Positions 1 to 7,514 of a stretch of DNA of 64,000 nt are shown piece by piece (positions within the stretch are counted from its first letter, which is position 1; each line of letters starts with the position of its first letter). The position numbers and the translations under genes are program-made. This DNA comes from Bacteroidota bacterium (lineage in GTDB: Bacteria > Bacteroidota > Bacteroidia > UKL13-3): contig JAAFJM010000005.1 of NCBI GenBank assembly GCA_013298895.1, forward strand, positions 106,229 to 170,228. Direction: 5' to 3'. The notes under the pieces were generated by a model. It was not told where the DNA came from. It ran no database searches and saw only the letters and a program-made list of their open reading frames with translations.

Positions 1-471
1 AAACTTTATTGTAATCAGTATTTCTAAACTTTATGTAATTAGTACTTTGTGCGTTTGCAAAAAATAAATTAAGCAAAAATGCAGTATTAGTAGTATTTTC
101 CTCATTTATAAAGCAGTATTTTAAAAAGTTATTTTTTTCAAAGTTTAGAATTTATAAAGTAGGGTCACTGTTAAGTTAACATAGATTTTACTTCCTATTC
201 CTTGAGAGGGTGAATATTGCGAATTGTTTTCAAAACCAAATATTTTGTTTTTAAAAGCAATTTCATTTTGCAGTTTATAACCAACTAAATAACCCATACC
301 TATCAAGATTTTCTGTCCTAAAATTAATTGATGATTACTTCCTATTTCAATAGATTGATATAGAAATCCATAAAAATTTATTCTTAAATTAATTACTGTA
401 AATAAGCTATGGTAATCAAGTTATAAAATGTTTTATTTGTAAACTTAAAAAATCTAATTGTATATAAAGAA

Positions 472-984
472 ATGAAAAAAATAATTTTATGCGCAGCAGT
501 TGCTTTAACTGTAATTGCATGTGGCAATGGTAACACACCAAAACAAGAAACAACTCCAACAGATACAACTAAAACTGCAACTGATACTACAGCACAAGCT
601 CAATATTTTGGTGCTAAAATTACAGAAGAAGGTGCTATTGCATTGGCCGAATTAAAAGGCGCAATGGGCGAAAAGAAAGAATTAAGTACTAAGGTAATGG
701 GTGAAGTAGAGGCTGTTTGCCAGAAAAAAGGCTGTTGGATGAATATTAAAAATGCAGAAGGTGAAAGCATGCGTGTAACTTTTAAAGATTATGCTTTTTT
801 TATGCCTATGGACTGTTCAGGTAAAACTGCAATAGTAGAGGGTATGGCTAAAATAGAAGAAACAAGTATTGCTGATTTAAAAGAATATGCCAAAGACGAC
901 AACCAAAGCAAAGAAGCTATTGCTGCCATTAAAGAACCTAAAAAAGAATTGGTTTTTGAAGCAAGTGGTGTAATTTTAAAGTAG
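472..984 (+). CDS. DUF4920-like lipoprotein
   Basis: Signal peptide ending in Cys (VIACGNG) then a low-complexity Thr-rich linker. The C-terminal KKGCWMNIKN...DCSGK region resembles DUF4920 lipoproteins common in Flavobacteriia. Confidence 0.5.
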   Translation: MKKIILCAAVALTVIACGNGNTPKQETTPTDTTKTATDTTAQAQYFGAKITEEGAIALAELKGAMGEKKELSTKVMGEVEAVCQKKGCWMNIKNAEGESMRVTFKDYAFFMPMDCSGKTAIVEGMAKIEETSIADLKEYAKDDNQSKEAIAAIKEPKKELVFEASGVILK

Positions 985-1002
985 TTAACAAAATTGTTTT
1001 AT

Positions 1003-1040
1003 AAAAACAGCCAATAATTTTTTTATTGGCTGTTTTTTAT
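1003..1040. terminator. Rho-independent terminator
   Basis: Perfect inverted repeat AAAAACAGCCAATAA / TTATTGGCTGTTTTT with a 5-nt loop and flanking T-run, directly after the stop at 984. Confidence 0.7.
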
Positions 1041-1057
1041 TTTACCAAAGTAAAAAT

Positions 1058-1525
1058 ATGAAAAAAGTAATTTACATAATTGTATTAGCGTTATTTACAG
1101 GTATTTTAATTAATGCTTGTACAAATAATAATAACCAACAAGCAGGAGCAAAAATTGCTGATTCTGCAACAGTTATTGAAACCGTAAAAGACCCAAATAA
1201 ACCCAAACCTATGGCTTTAATGATGCGCCAAATGGCAGCCAATGCAGATAGCATGAAAGCTAAACTTTTAAGAGGTGAAAGTATAGATAGTTTATCGTTT
1301 CCTTTTATTCGTTTTTACTTAGTAGAACCCACCGACAAAAATGTTTTGGAACCTCAGTTTTTCGAAAATGCTAAAGTTTATCAAGCTGCTCATAAAGCTA
1401 TTTTTGACCATCCTGAAAATCAAAAAAAATATTATAACTTAATGATTGGTGCTTGTATTAGTTGTCATGAAAATTATTGTAGTGGCCCATTACGCAGGAT
1501 AAAAAAAATGCCAATAATAGATTAA
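1058..1525 (+). CDS. Lipoprotein with a single CXXCH motif, putative c-type cytochrome
   Basis: Lipoprotein signal (LINAC). A C-terminal CISCH matches the heme c attachment motif CXXCH. No other homology recognised. Confidence 0.4.
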   Translation: MKKVIYIIVLALFTGILINACTNNNNQQAGAKIADSATVIETVKDPNKPKPMALMMRQMAANADSMKAKLLRGESIDSLSFPFIRFYLVEPTDKNVLEPQFFENAKVYQAAHKAIFDHPENQKKYYNLMIGACISCHENYCSGPLRRIKKMPIID

Positions 1526-1527
1526 GT

Positions 1528-2010
1528 ATGAAAAGTATTTTTACCATTATTTCTTTACTAGTTATTGGTTCGTGTGGTATTTTTAAAAATAAGTCTACCA
1601 TGATTTTAAACGGAAGAGCAACCCAAGAAACACTCACAAATAATCAATATTTTTGGTTTACTGATGAATACAATAATTATAAAGTAAATCAAGAATTAAT
1701 TAATCAATTAAAGCCTTTAAAGGAAGACTTAAAAGTGCTTATAGTAGCAGGTACATGGTGTGGTGATACTCAACGAGAATTACCTCGTTTTTTTAAAATT
1801 GCTAATCAAATTGGCATTCCAGCAGAAAATATTGAAATGATAATGGTAAATGAAAAAAAGCAATCAGCTGCATTTAATATTTCGGTTATTCAGGTTACTA
1901 ACATTCCAACATTTATTTTTTTTAAAGATGGCAAAGAGCAAGGAAGAATTATTGAAAAACCCAAAACCACCATTGAAGAGGACTTATGTAACCTATTAAA
2001 TTTAATGTAA
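1528..2010 (+). CDS. Thioredoxin-fold lipoprotein (monothiol WCGDT motif)
   Basis: Lipoprotein signal (VIGSCG). VAGTWCGDTQRELP resembles the thioredoxin WCGPC active site but only one Cys is present. Starts 3 bp after the preceding gene. Confidence 0.5.
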   Translation: MKSIFTIISLLVIGSCGIFKNKSTMILNGRATQETLTNNQYFWFTDEYNNYKVNQELINQLKPLKEDLKVLIVAGTWCGDTQRELPRFFKIANQIGIPAENIEMIMVNEKKQSAAFNISVIQVTNIPTFIFFKDGKEQGRIIEKPKTTIEEDLCNLLNLM

Positions 2011-2194
2011 AAAACATTAGTTAGTTCACACTAAAAGTTCTTTAAAGTAACAATATCGCAAAACTCCTATTTCTTTAATAACTCCTTTGAAAAGTATACT
2101 GATAAAATCTTTTGTTAAAAGGAAATGACTTTGATAAAGGTTAGCGTATATCAATTCATAAAAACGCTTTAACCAACAAATAATAGAAAATTTA

Positions 2195-4408
2195 TTATTC
2201 TATTACATCCATAAAAATACCCCTTATTCTAAAATCATTCAAATCATCTCCTTTCAAAATAATATCTTCATATTCGTCCATTGTCGATAAAGGTTTCAAG
2301 ATTATTGATTCATGTTTACGTTCATCATTGGATAAATTCCATTTACTATGATACTCCTTAACTGTATAACCAGAACCAAATTCAGAGTCTCTTATATTCG
2401 TTGATTCTACTAAAACAATTTTACCATTTCTTGATCCTCCTTCATCTTGTCTGAATAAACAATACGAACCATTTGGTATTTTTTTATTCATAGATTCTCC
2501 TATTACTTTACAAATGAAATAACCTTTTTTAGCTGAGATATTAAATGGCGGTTCTACCCATATCAACTCTGAATGTTGCTGCAAGTCGCTAAAGTTTCCT
2601 GCTGCTGCGGAGATATCAACTAATGGTATTGAATTGACGTATGGTTTTGCTTCTTCAAACCGTAGGATTCTGAATGGAATTTCTTTTTTGAAAGTCTCAA
2701 TGTGATTTTGTAAATACTCTCTCAACTCTTTGTTATAAGCGTAAATAAAAGTTCCCTTTATTCCACGATACATTATTGTCTTGTAAATATTAACAATAAA
2801 GTTCTTTAGTTCTTCTTCATTTACTCCGATTCGCCCATATTTATCAAAATAGTTACTTGAATCAATTTCGATTTTATTTGTCGCAGAGTTGTAATTTATT
2901 TCTTTTCCGAAAATAACTCCTGTATAGTTTAAATCATATCCTTGAACTGTATGAATACAACCAATTTCATGCAAAGGATTATTAATGTCTTTTGGATTGT
3001 TAATCCAATCTTTATCAGTTTGATTCCATTGAAATTGTAGGCCTTCAATTTCTATATCTATCGCATCTGGAGTTGGATTCTTTTTTTTGGGGTCAGATTG
3101 CCATTCCCATGAATACCCTGCAACTAACCTACACAAGTGAAAGTCTTCTTCTTTTTTTGATAATTCGGTATACAAATCTTTAAATGATTCAAATAATACA
3201 AGATCATATGATTCTTCTCTATATTTAGATTGAATTGTTCTTTTAACATTTAGTAATTCGTCAACAAATTGAATATAGTTATTACCACCTTTTACTCTCA
3301 TTTGAGACTTCAGTTCAAGCTTTAACGTGTTTTTCTCATTCAATAAAGTATTAAAATTTGAAGAGTCAACATCAGAAGGCTTCACAGATTGAGCTGAGTC
3401 ATAAAAGAAAATTTGGTTCTTGCTATTTGCAAGTATCCAATCCAACTCAGTGCCAGTGTCATCTAAATTTAATTTTTGATTATTCTTTTTAAATGCACCT
3501 CTCCAGCCAATATTTTTATATTGCCTAAGTCTGTGAGCTTCGTCAACGATTAATAAATCATATTTCTCTGAACTAAAAGTGTCTGATGGGTTTATTACCA
3601 TAGATGCTTTAAGCCCTGGAATTTTTCTGAATACATTTTCTAATGATTCTCTAAGAGAAGTCATTGCCACTACTAAACCAATTTTTGCATTAGGATATTT
3701 ATTTCTAAATTCAATGATATAATTAATCTCTCGCAATTCATCATCATTGAAATCTTCGATTTGTATATTTCCAACATCTGTACTCAAAAGTTTAATCAAA
3801 TAGGTGGCAAGAATGGTTTTTCCAGTTCCAGCACCTCCGCTAATAAAAATTCTATTTGATTTTTTTGATGTTAATCCTTCCAATATTTCAATAACAGAAT
3901 TATATTGATCTTCATTAAGCGACTTATATGGGGAATATTTAAATAATTCTGAATTTTCTATTTCAGTTAATGATTTTGTTACAATTTTTTTCTCAATAAG
4001 TTGATTCCAAATTTCTTTAAAAAGATTTTTATATAAATCCTGTTGATAATAATTGTGATTTATTAACCCGTAATTACCATTCTGAAGCTTATAAGTACCT
4101 TCAGCTGTTATATATTGAATTAAACTCGACTCAATATCTAATGTTGCGGACTTATTGAATTTATCTGAACCAATAATAGATATTTTATCAAGCTTACACC
4201 TTTCAGGATTTGCTAAATGATTTTTGATACGGCTAGATGCATTTGTCGATTCACCAACATATGCAATTTTTATTGAATCGTTTTGAATAAAATAAACCAA
4301 TGGCCATTGGTTTTTAACCCAAGTATTTTGTTCAATACTACTTAGTGAGAGTTTGTTAAAATCATATTGTTCAGAAACTTCAATTGATAATTCAAAGGAT
4401 AAACTCAT
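2195..4408 (-). CDS. GIY-YIG nuclease / DUF2075-type P-loop ATPase / C-terminal S24 (LexA/UmuD-like) peptidase domain fusion protein
   Basis: N-terminus VYFIQNDSIKIAYVGES...SSRIKNH...DIESSL matches GIY-YIG (GIY, YIG, conserved R, N/H, E). Walker A motif ISGGAGTGKT plus LLIVDEAHRL Walker B/DEAH-like, as in DUF2075/Schlafen-like ATPases. C-terminus has GESM (Ser in the G[DE]SM context) and YTVKEY (Lys in TVK[RE]) about 45 residues apart, with GKIVLV, as in the S24 Ser-Lys dyad fold. Its ATG overlaps the upstream gene's stop by 4 bp (ATGA). Confidence 0.75.
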   Translation of the reverse strand: MSLSFELSIEVSEQYDFNKLSLSSIEQNTWVKNQWPLVYFIQNDSIKIAYVGESTNASSRIKNHLANPERCKLDKISIIGSDKFNKSATLDIESSLIQYITAEGTYKLQNGNYGLINHNYYQQDLYKNLFKEIWNQLIEKKIVTKSLTEIENSELFKYSPYKSLNEDQYNSVIEILEGLTSKKSNRIFISGGAGTGKTILATYLIKLLSTDVGNIQIEDFNDDELREINYIIEFRNKYPNAKIGLVVAMTSLRESLENVFRKIPGLKASMVINPSDTFSSEKYDLLIVDEAHRLRQYKNIGWRGAFKKNNQKLNLDDTGTELDWILANSKNQIFFYDSAQSVKPSDVDSSNFNTLLNEKNTLKLELKSQMRVKGGNNYIQFVDELLNVKRTIQSKYREESYDLVLFESFKDLYTELSKKEEDFHLCRLVAGYSWEWQSDPKKKNPTPDAIDIEIEGLQFQWNQTDKDWINNPKDINNPLHEIGCIHTVQGYDLNYTGVIFGKEINYNSATNKIEIDSSNYFDKYGRIGVNEEELKNFIVNIYKTIMYRGIKGTFIYAYNKELREYLQNHIETFKKEIPFRILRFEEAKPYVNSIPLVDISAAAGNFSDLQQHSELIWVEPPFNISAKKGYFICKVIGESMNKKIPNGSYCLFRQDEGGSRNGKIVLVESTNIRDSEFGSGYTVKEYHSKWNLSNDERKHESIILKPLSTMDEYEDIILKGDDLNDFRIRGIFMDVIE

Positions 4409-5019
4409 AATTCAGTGTATTTTTTAGCAACGCCTTTAGACTTATCTACTGGATATTTTTTATCATTTTCAATGGTTTTATCTATAACAGCATCAAACAA
4501 ATCAATGCCATAATTATTAGCCAAGTACAAGCAATAAGTAACTATATCAGCTAATTCATTTTTTACTTTATCTTCATCTACATCCTTTTCTCTATCCCAA
4601 AGAAACAAGTCAATCAGCTCACCAGCCTCCGATCCTATAGCCATAGATAAATTTTTAGATGTATGAAACTTTTTCCAATCCCTTTCACTTCTAAAGCTAT
4701 CCAAAAACTTCATCATTTCATTTAATGGATTAAAACCTAAAGGCTGTTCATAGACTAAAACAATTTGATTTGGGCCTATTAAATTCTTATGGAAAATAAA
4801 ATCACCTTCTTCGTATGAATTTTCAACATTAAAAACATCAGGTGCCAAAATAATATCAAAGCCTTGTTCTCTTAAAAAACTATTTACCAAAACTATTTGC
4901 TTTTGTATAGATTCGGCTTCGAATGTTCTTTTAAATAACTTCCCTTCTGTCCAGCCATGATGGAGTTCCGCTAATCTATCAGAAAAAGGATAAACTTCAG
5001 ATAATAAAGGTAATTTCAT
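4405..5019 (-). CDS. MazG-like all-alpha NTP pyrophosphohydrolase with an uncharacterised ~100-aa N-terminal domain
   Basis: The C-terminal half FHTSKNLSMAIGSEAGELIDLFLW...NELADIVTYCLYLA carries the ExxE...ExxD metal-binding signature of MazG/YpjD-type NTP-PPases. The gene sits between the neighbouring genes with a 2-nt gap on one side and a 4-nt overlap on the other. Confidence 0.65.
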   Translation of the reverse strand: MKLPLLSEVYPFSDRLAELHHGWTEGKLFKRTFEAESIQKQIVLVNSFLREQGFDIILAPDVFNVENSYEEGDFIFHKNLIGPNQIVLVYEQPLGFNPLNEMMKFLDSFRSERDWKKFHTSKNLSMAIGSEAGELIDLFLWDREKDVDEDKVKNELADIVTYCLYLANNYGIDLFDAVIDKTIENDKKYPVDKSKGVAKKYTEL

Positions 5020-5021
5020 AG

Positions 5022-6998
5022 TTAATTTTGAGGTTTATGCATTGTCAATGCTAATTTATATTCATCATCGTAAGGCAATTGTAATTGTGGAAGCATTTCG
5101 GGTATTGCCAAAGCCCAACTAACATAGTAGTAAGCAAGAACATGATAACCTGAAAAGGTTTTTCCTTTAATCGAACTTATTCTGTAATCGTCTTTATCAG
5201 GCCTATAACCTTGCGTGCCTTGCATAGCAATTTCTAACGCCATTTTCTTAATTTCTTCTTTAGGCATTCCAACGAAAAATTGAAGAGCATCAACCATGAA
5301 CATAACCACTGCCATGTTAGTACCAATGCTCTGCTGTGACTTTTGGAACTTTTCCATTTCCCTTTCTTTGTAAGGGTCTTTGGATTCCAAATCATAAGGA
5401 TCTTTTTCAATGGATGATAAAAGCTCGTCTATATTTGTTCTTTTTGTTCTGTATTCATTTTCATTAACAAGTTCAAAGTTCTTATCAAGTTTTAAGTCTT
5501 CTGCCCAATGCAATACCAATTCATACTCTTCAGCAGGTTCTTTATCGTCCTTGTATTGCAAATACTCTTCATAAAAATCTGTTGCTAATTTCATTTCTGA
5601 CGGAATAGCATTGAAGTCTTTGATAAAGTCAAAACCAAATAATTCTTTGAACTGAATTGCATTTACAATATTGTAGACCTTGCTTTTTGAAATGATGTCT
5701 TTGGGAGAGAGTTCAACAATCTTTTTATCTGTTACAGCCTTCAGGCCTTCTTGTAACATATTGTAGAGAGAGATAAATTGAAAAGGTCTGAGTTCTGCGA
5801 ATTCATTATAAAGGAAATTCTCAATAAATAAGTCAATTGGCGTATTGAATATTTGACGGTTCATGCCTTCAAATAAATTAGAACAATAATCAGCAATTGA
5901 CTTTTCAGAAATTCCCATTTTGTTGAATTTCTTGATTGTCGGTTCAAGTTCTTTTATGAATTCTGTTTTATGATTCTGAGTAGAAATAAATAATTGGTTT
6001 AACTCACCTTTTCTTGCTTCAATAACAAAATCTAAATGCACCAATTCATGCATTATTAAATGTTCAACCGCTGGATAACTTGGTTTGTATTTTACAATGT
6101 GAGTTTCTCTGTCATAGTTTTCTGCAAACTCAAATTTTGCTGCCGTTGGGATTTCTTCATCTTGAATAATGTCAATTTTTCTGTCACCATCAAATTCAAG
6201 TTTGTGTCTGTATTCCCTGAATATTTTTTTGCCAGTATCAGTTGCAATTATTTTTTTAGAAATCTCGAAAGCTTGTCTTACAGAGTTTTGGTATAAAATA
6301 TCCTTACTTTTATTCAGTTTAATTGCTTGAATGGTGCTGTAAAAAGATGACTGCAAGTCCGCTTCCATTTCGGCAATCATTCCTAAAGCAAAATGAGTGT
6401 TTGCATATTGATCATTAATCTTTAAAGCCTCATAAAAATATTTTTTTGCTTCTTCCAATTTACCTTGTTGCATAAGGTTTGCACCAATATTATTTATGGT
6501 GATATTGTCCTTAGGATTTGCAATTTGTGCTTGGTCATAATACTTCATTGCAGTTGGAACATCATCTTTAAATTTAGCAAAGATGTTTCCCATCATAAGT
6601 AAAGCCCATCCATTTTTTGAATCCCAACGCAAAGCGTCAATTAAGCAATTTATTGCTTCATCTTGGTTACCTTCATCGGATAGTACTTGTCCCATAATTC
6701 GGTGGTATTCCGAATTTGTTGGATTTTTTTCAATGAGTTTTTTTAGGATTGGTTTTGCCTCTGAGTATTTTCCTTTTTCGCAAAATGAAACAACTTTTTG
6801 AAAATCTATTTCTTGAGCAAGAATTGAAGATGTATCGATTTCTATTTTTACAAAATCATCATTAATTGATACTCTGGGCTTAATAGAAGCAAAAGTGTAA
6901 TAATTTTCTAGTGTATTGATAATGAGCGATTTACCCCCCCCAATTAATTCTGGGAAGATTTCTAGTAAAAAGTTATCTATTTTATGAATAATTACCAT
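5022..6998 (-). CDS. TPR-repeat protein with a C-terminal HExxH metallopeptidase-like motif
   Basis: Several 34-aa TPR-like repeats (YHRIMGQVL..., ALLMMGNIF..., NNIGANLMQQG..., HFALGMIAE...). The C-terminal region has HELVH. The ORF track starts at TTG (7016). I prefer the ATG at 6996-6998 (MVIIHKID...) because a TAcaTTTG -7 box (complement of 7014-7021) lies just upstream. Confidence 0.6.
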   Translation of the reverse strand: MVIIHKIDNFLLEIFPELIGGGKSLIINTLENYYTFASIKPRVSINDDFVKIEIDTSSILAQEIDFQKVVSFCEKGKYSEAKPILKKLIEKNPTNSEYHRIMGQVLSDEGNQDEAINCLIDALRWDSKNGWALLMMGNIFAKFKDDVPTAMKYYDQAQIANPKDNITINNIGANLMQQGKLEEAKKYFYEALKINDQYANTHFALGMIAEMEADLQSSFYSTIQAIKLNKSKDILYQNSVRQAFEISKKIIATDTGKKIFREYRHKLEFDGDRKIDIIQDEEIPTAAKFEFAENYDRETHIVKYKPSYPAVEHLIMHELVHLDFVIEARKGELNQLFISTQNHKTEFIKELEPTIKKFNKMGISEKSIADYCSNLFEGMNRQIFNTPIDLFIENFLYNEFAELRPFQFISLYNMLQEGLKAVTDKKIVELSPKDIISKSKVYNIVNAIQFKELFGFDFIKDFNAIPSEMKLATDFYEEYLQYKDDKEPAEEYELVLHWAEDLKLDKNFELVNENEYRTKRTNIDELLSSIEKDPYDLESKDPYKEREMEKFQKSQQSIGTNMAVVMFMVDALQFFVGMPKEEIKKMALEIAMQGTQGYRPDKDDYRISSIKGKTFSGYHVLAYYYVSWALAIPEMLPQLQLPYDDEYKLALTMHKPQN

Positions 6999-7013
6999 TA
7001 GTTTTTTATGATT

Positions 7014-7021
7014 CAAATGTA
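7014..7021 (-). promoter_or_regulatory. Bacteroidota sigma-A -7 box (TAnnTTTG) for the three-gene operon
   Basis: Minus-strand TACATTTG, 16-23 nt upstream of the ATG at 6998. Confidence 0.35.
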
Positions 7022-7189
7022 ATGCAAAATGATATTATTTCATTAAAAAGTATGTGTGAATAGATATCAGAATTTAATTTAAAATATAGTCCTTATGAAA
7101 TCAATTACTTAAAATGTGCTTCTTAAAAATAAAATTACTTTACTAACCAAATTTGATAAATATGTCAAGCACTATTTTAGTTCTAAAAC

Positions 7190-7385
7190 CCGTGCGGGAA
7201 AGGTTTTGTCAAAGTTCAAGACTTTAACAAAGGTAAAGACAGTTAAAAAGGAACTACTTTTGGTTTCAAGTTTAAAACTTTGACAAAGTATATTCCGCAT
7301 AATTTTCCCTATTAATCTATTCCGTAGGGGAACACCTTTGTCAAAGTTCAAGACTATACAAAGGTAAAGACCAATAAAAAGGAAA
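7190..7385. repeat. Intergenic composite repeat: two ~65-bp direct copies plus an inverted partial copy
   Basis: CCGTgcGGGAAaggTTTGTCAAAGTTCAAGACTtTAaCAAAGGTAAAGACagtTAAAAAGGAA (7190-7253) recurs at 7322-7385 with few mismatches. CAAGTTTAAAACTTTGACAAAG (7267-7288) is an inverted partial copy of the core TTTGTCAAAGTT. Lies between the divergent operon (start 6998) and the PKD gene (7515). Confidence 0.7.
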
Positions 7386-7514
7386 ACTGCACTCATCCTA
7401 TAAAACTTTACAATAAAAAAATTTACTTTTAATTGGAGTAAACTAAACTTTATTATATTCGTTTAAAATTGTTGTTACCCTAAAAAGGCTTCACCAAATA
7501 GTTAGGATATAAAT

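Noticed and set aside
140-420. Minus-strand reading frame encoding ~90 aa with a beta-barrel-like pattern (...INLRINFYGF...ILIGMGYLVGYKLQNEIAF...) ending at a stop near 140
   Set aside because: There is no in-frame start codon, because a stop lies just upstream of the conserved-looking part. It may be the C-terminal remnant of an outer-membrane protein gene, but support is too weak to call a pseudogene.
2195-2650. Reading the S24 domain as a stand-alone LexA-type repressor
   Set aside because: No helix-turn-helix region is present, and the domain is in frame at the end of a 737-aa nuclease/ATPase. It is therefore a fused regulatory or autoprocessing domain rather than a repressor gene.
6060-6801. 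Plus-strand ORFs (78 and 72 aa) inside the TPR gene
   Set aside because: They are antisense to a well-supported 658-aa CDS, have Phe/Leu-rich composition typical of AT-rich antisense frames, and no independent signals.
7172-7396. 74-aa minus-strand ORF in the intergenic region
   Set aside because: It lies entirely over the direct/inverted repeat element, has low-complexity composition and no plausible start context. It is most likely a chance ORF created by the repeats.
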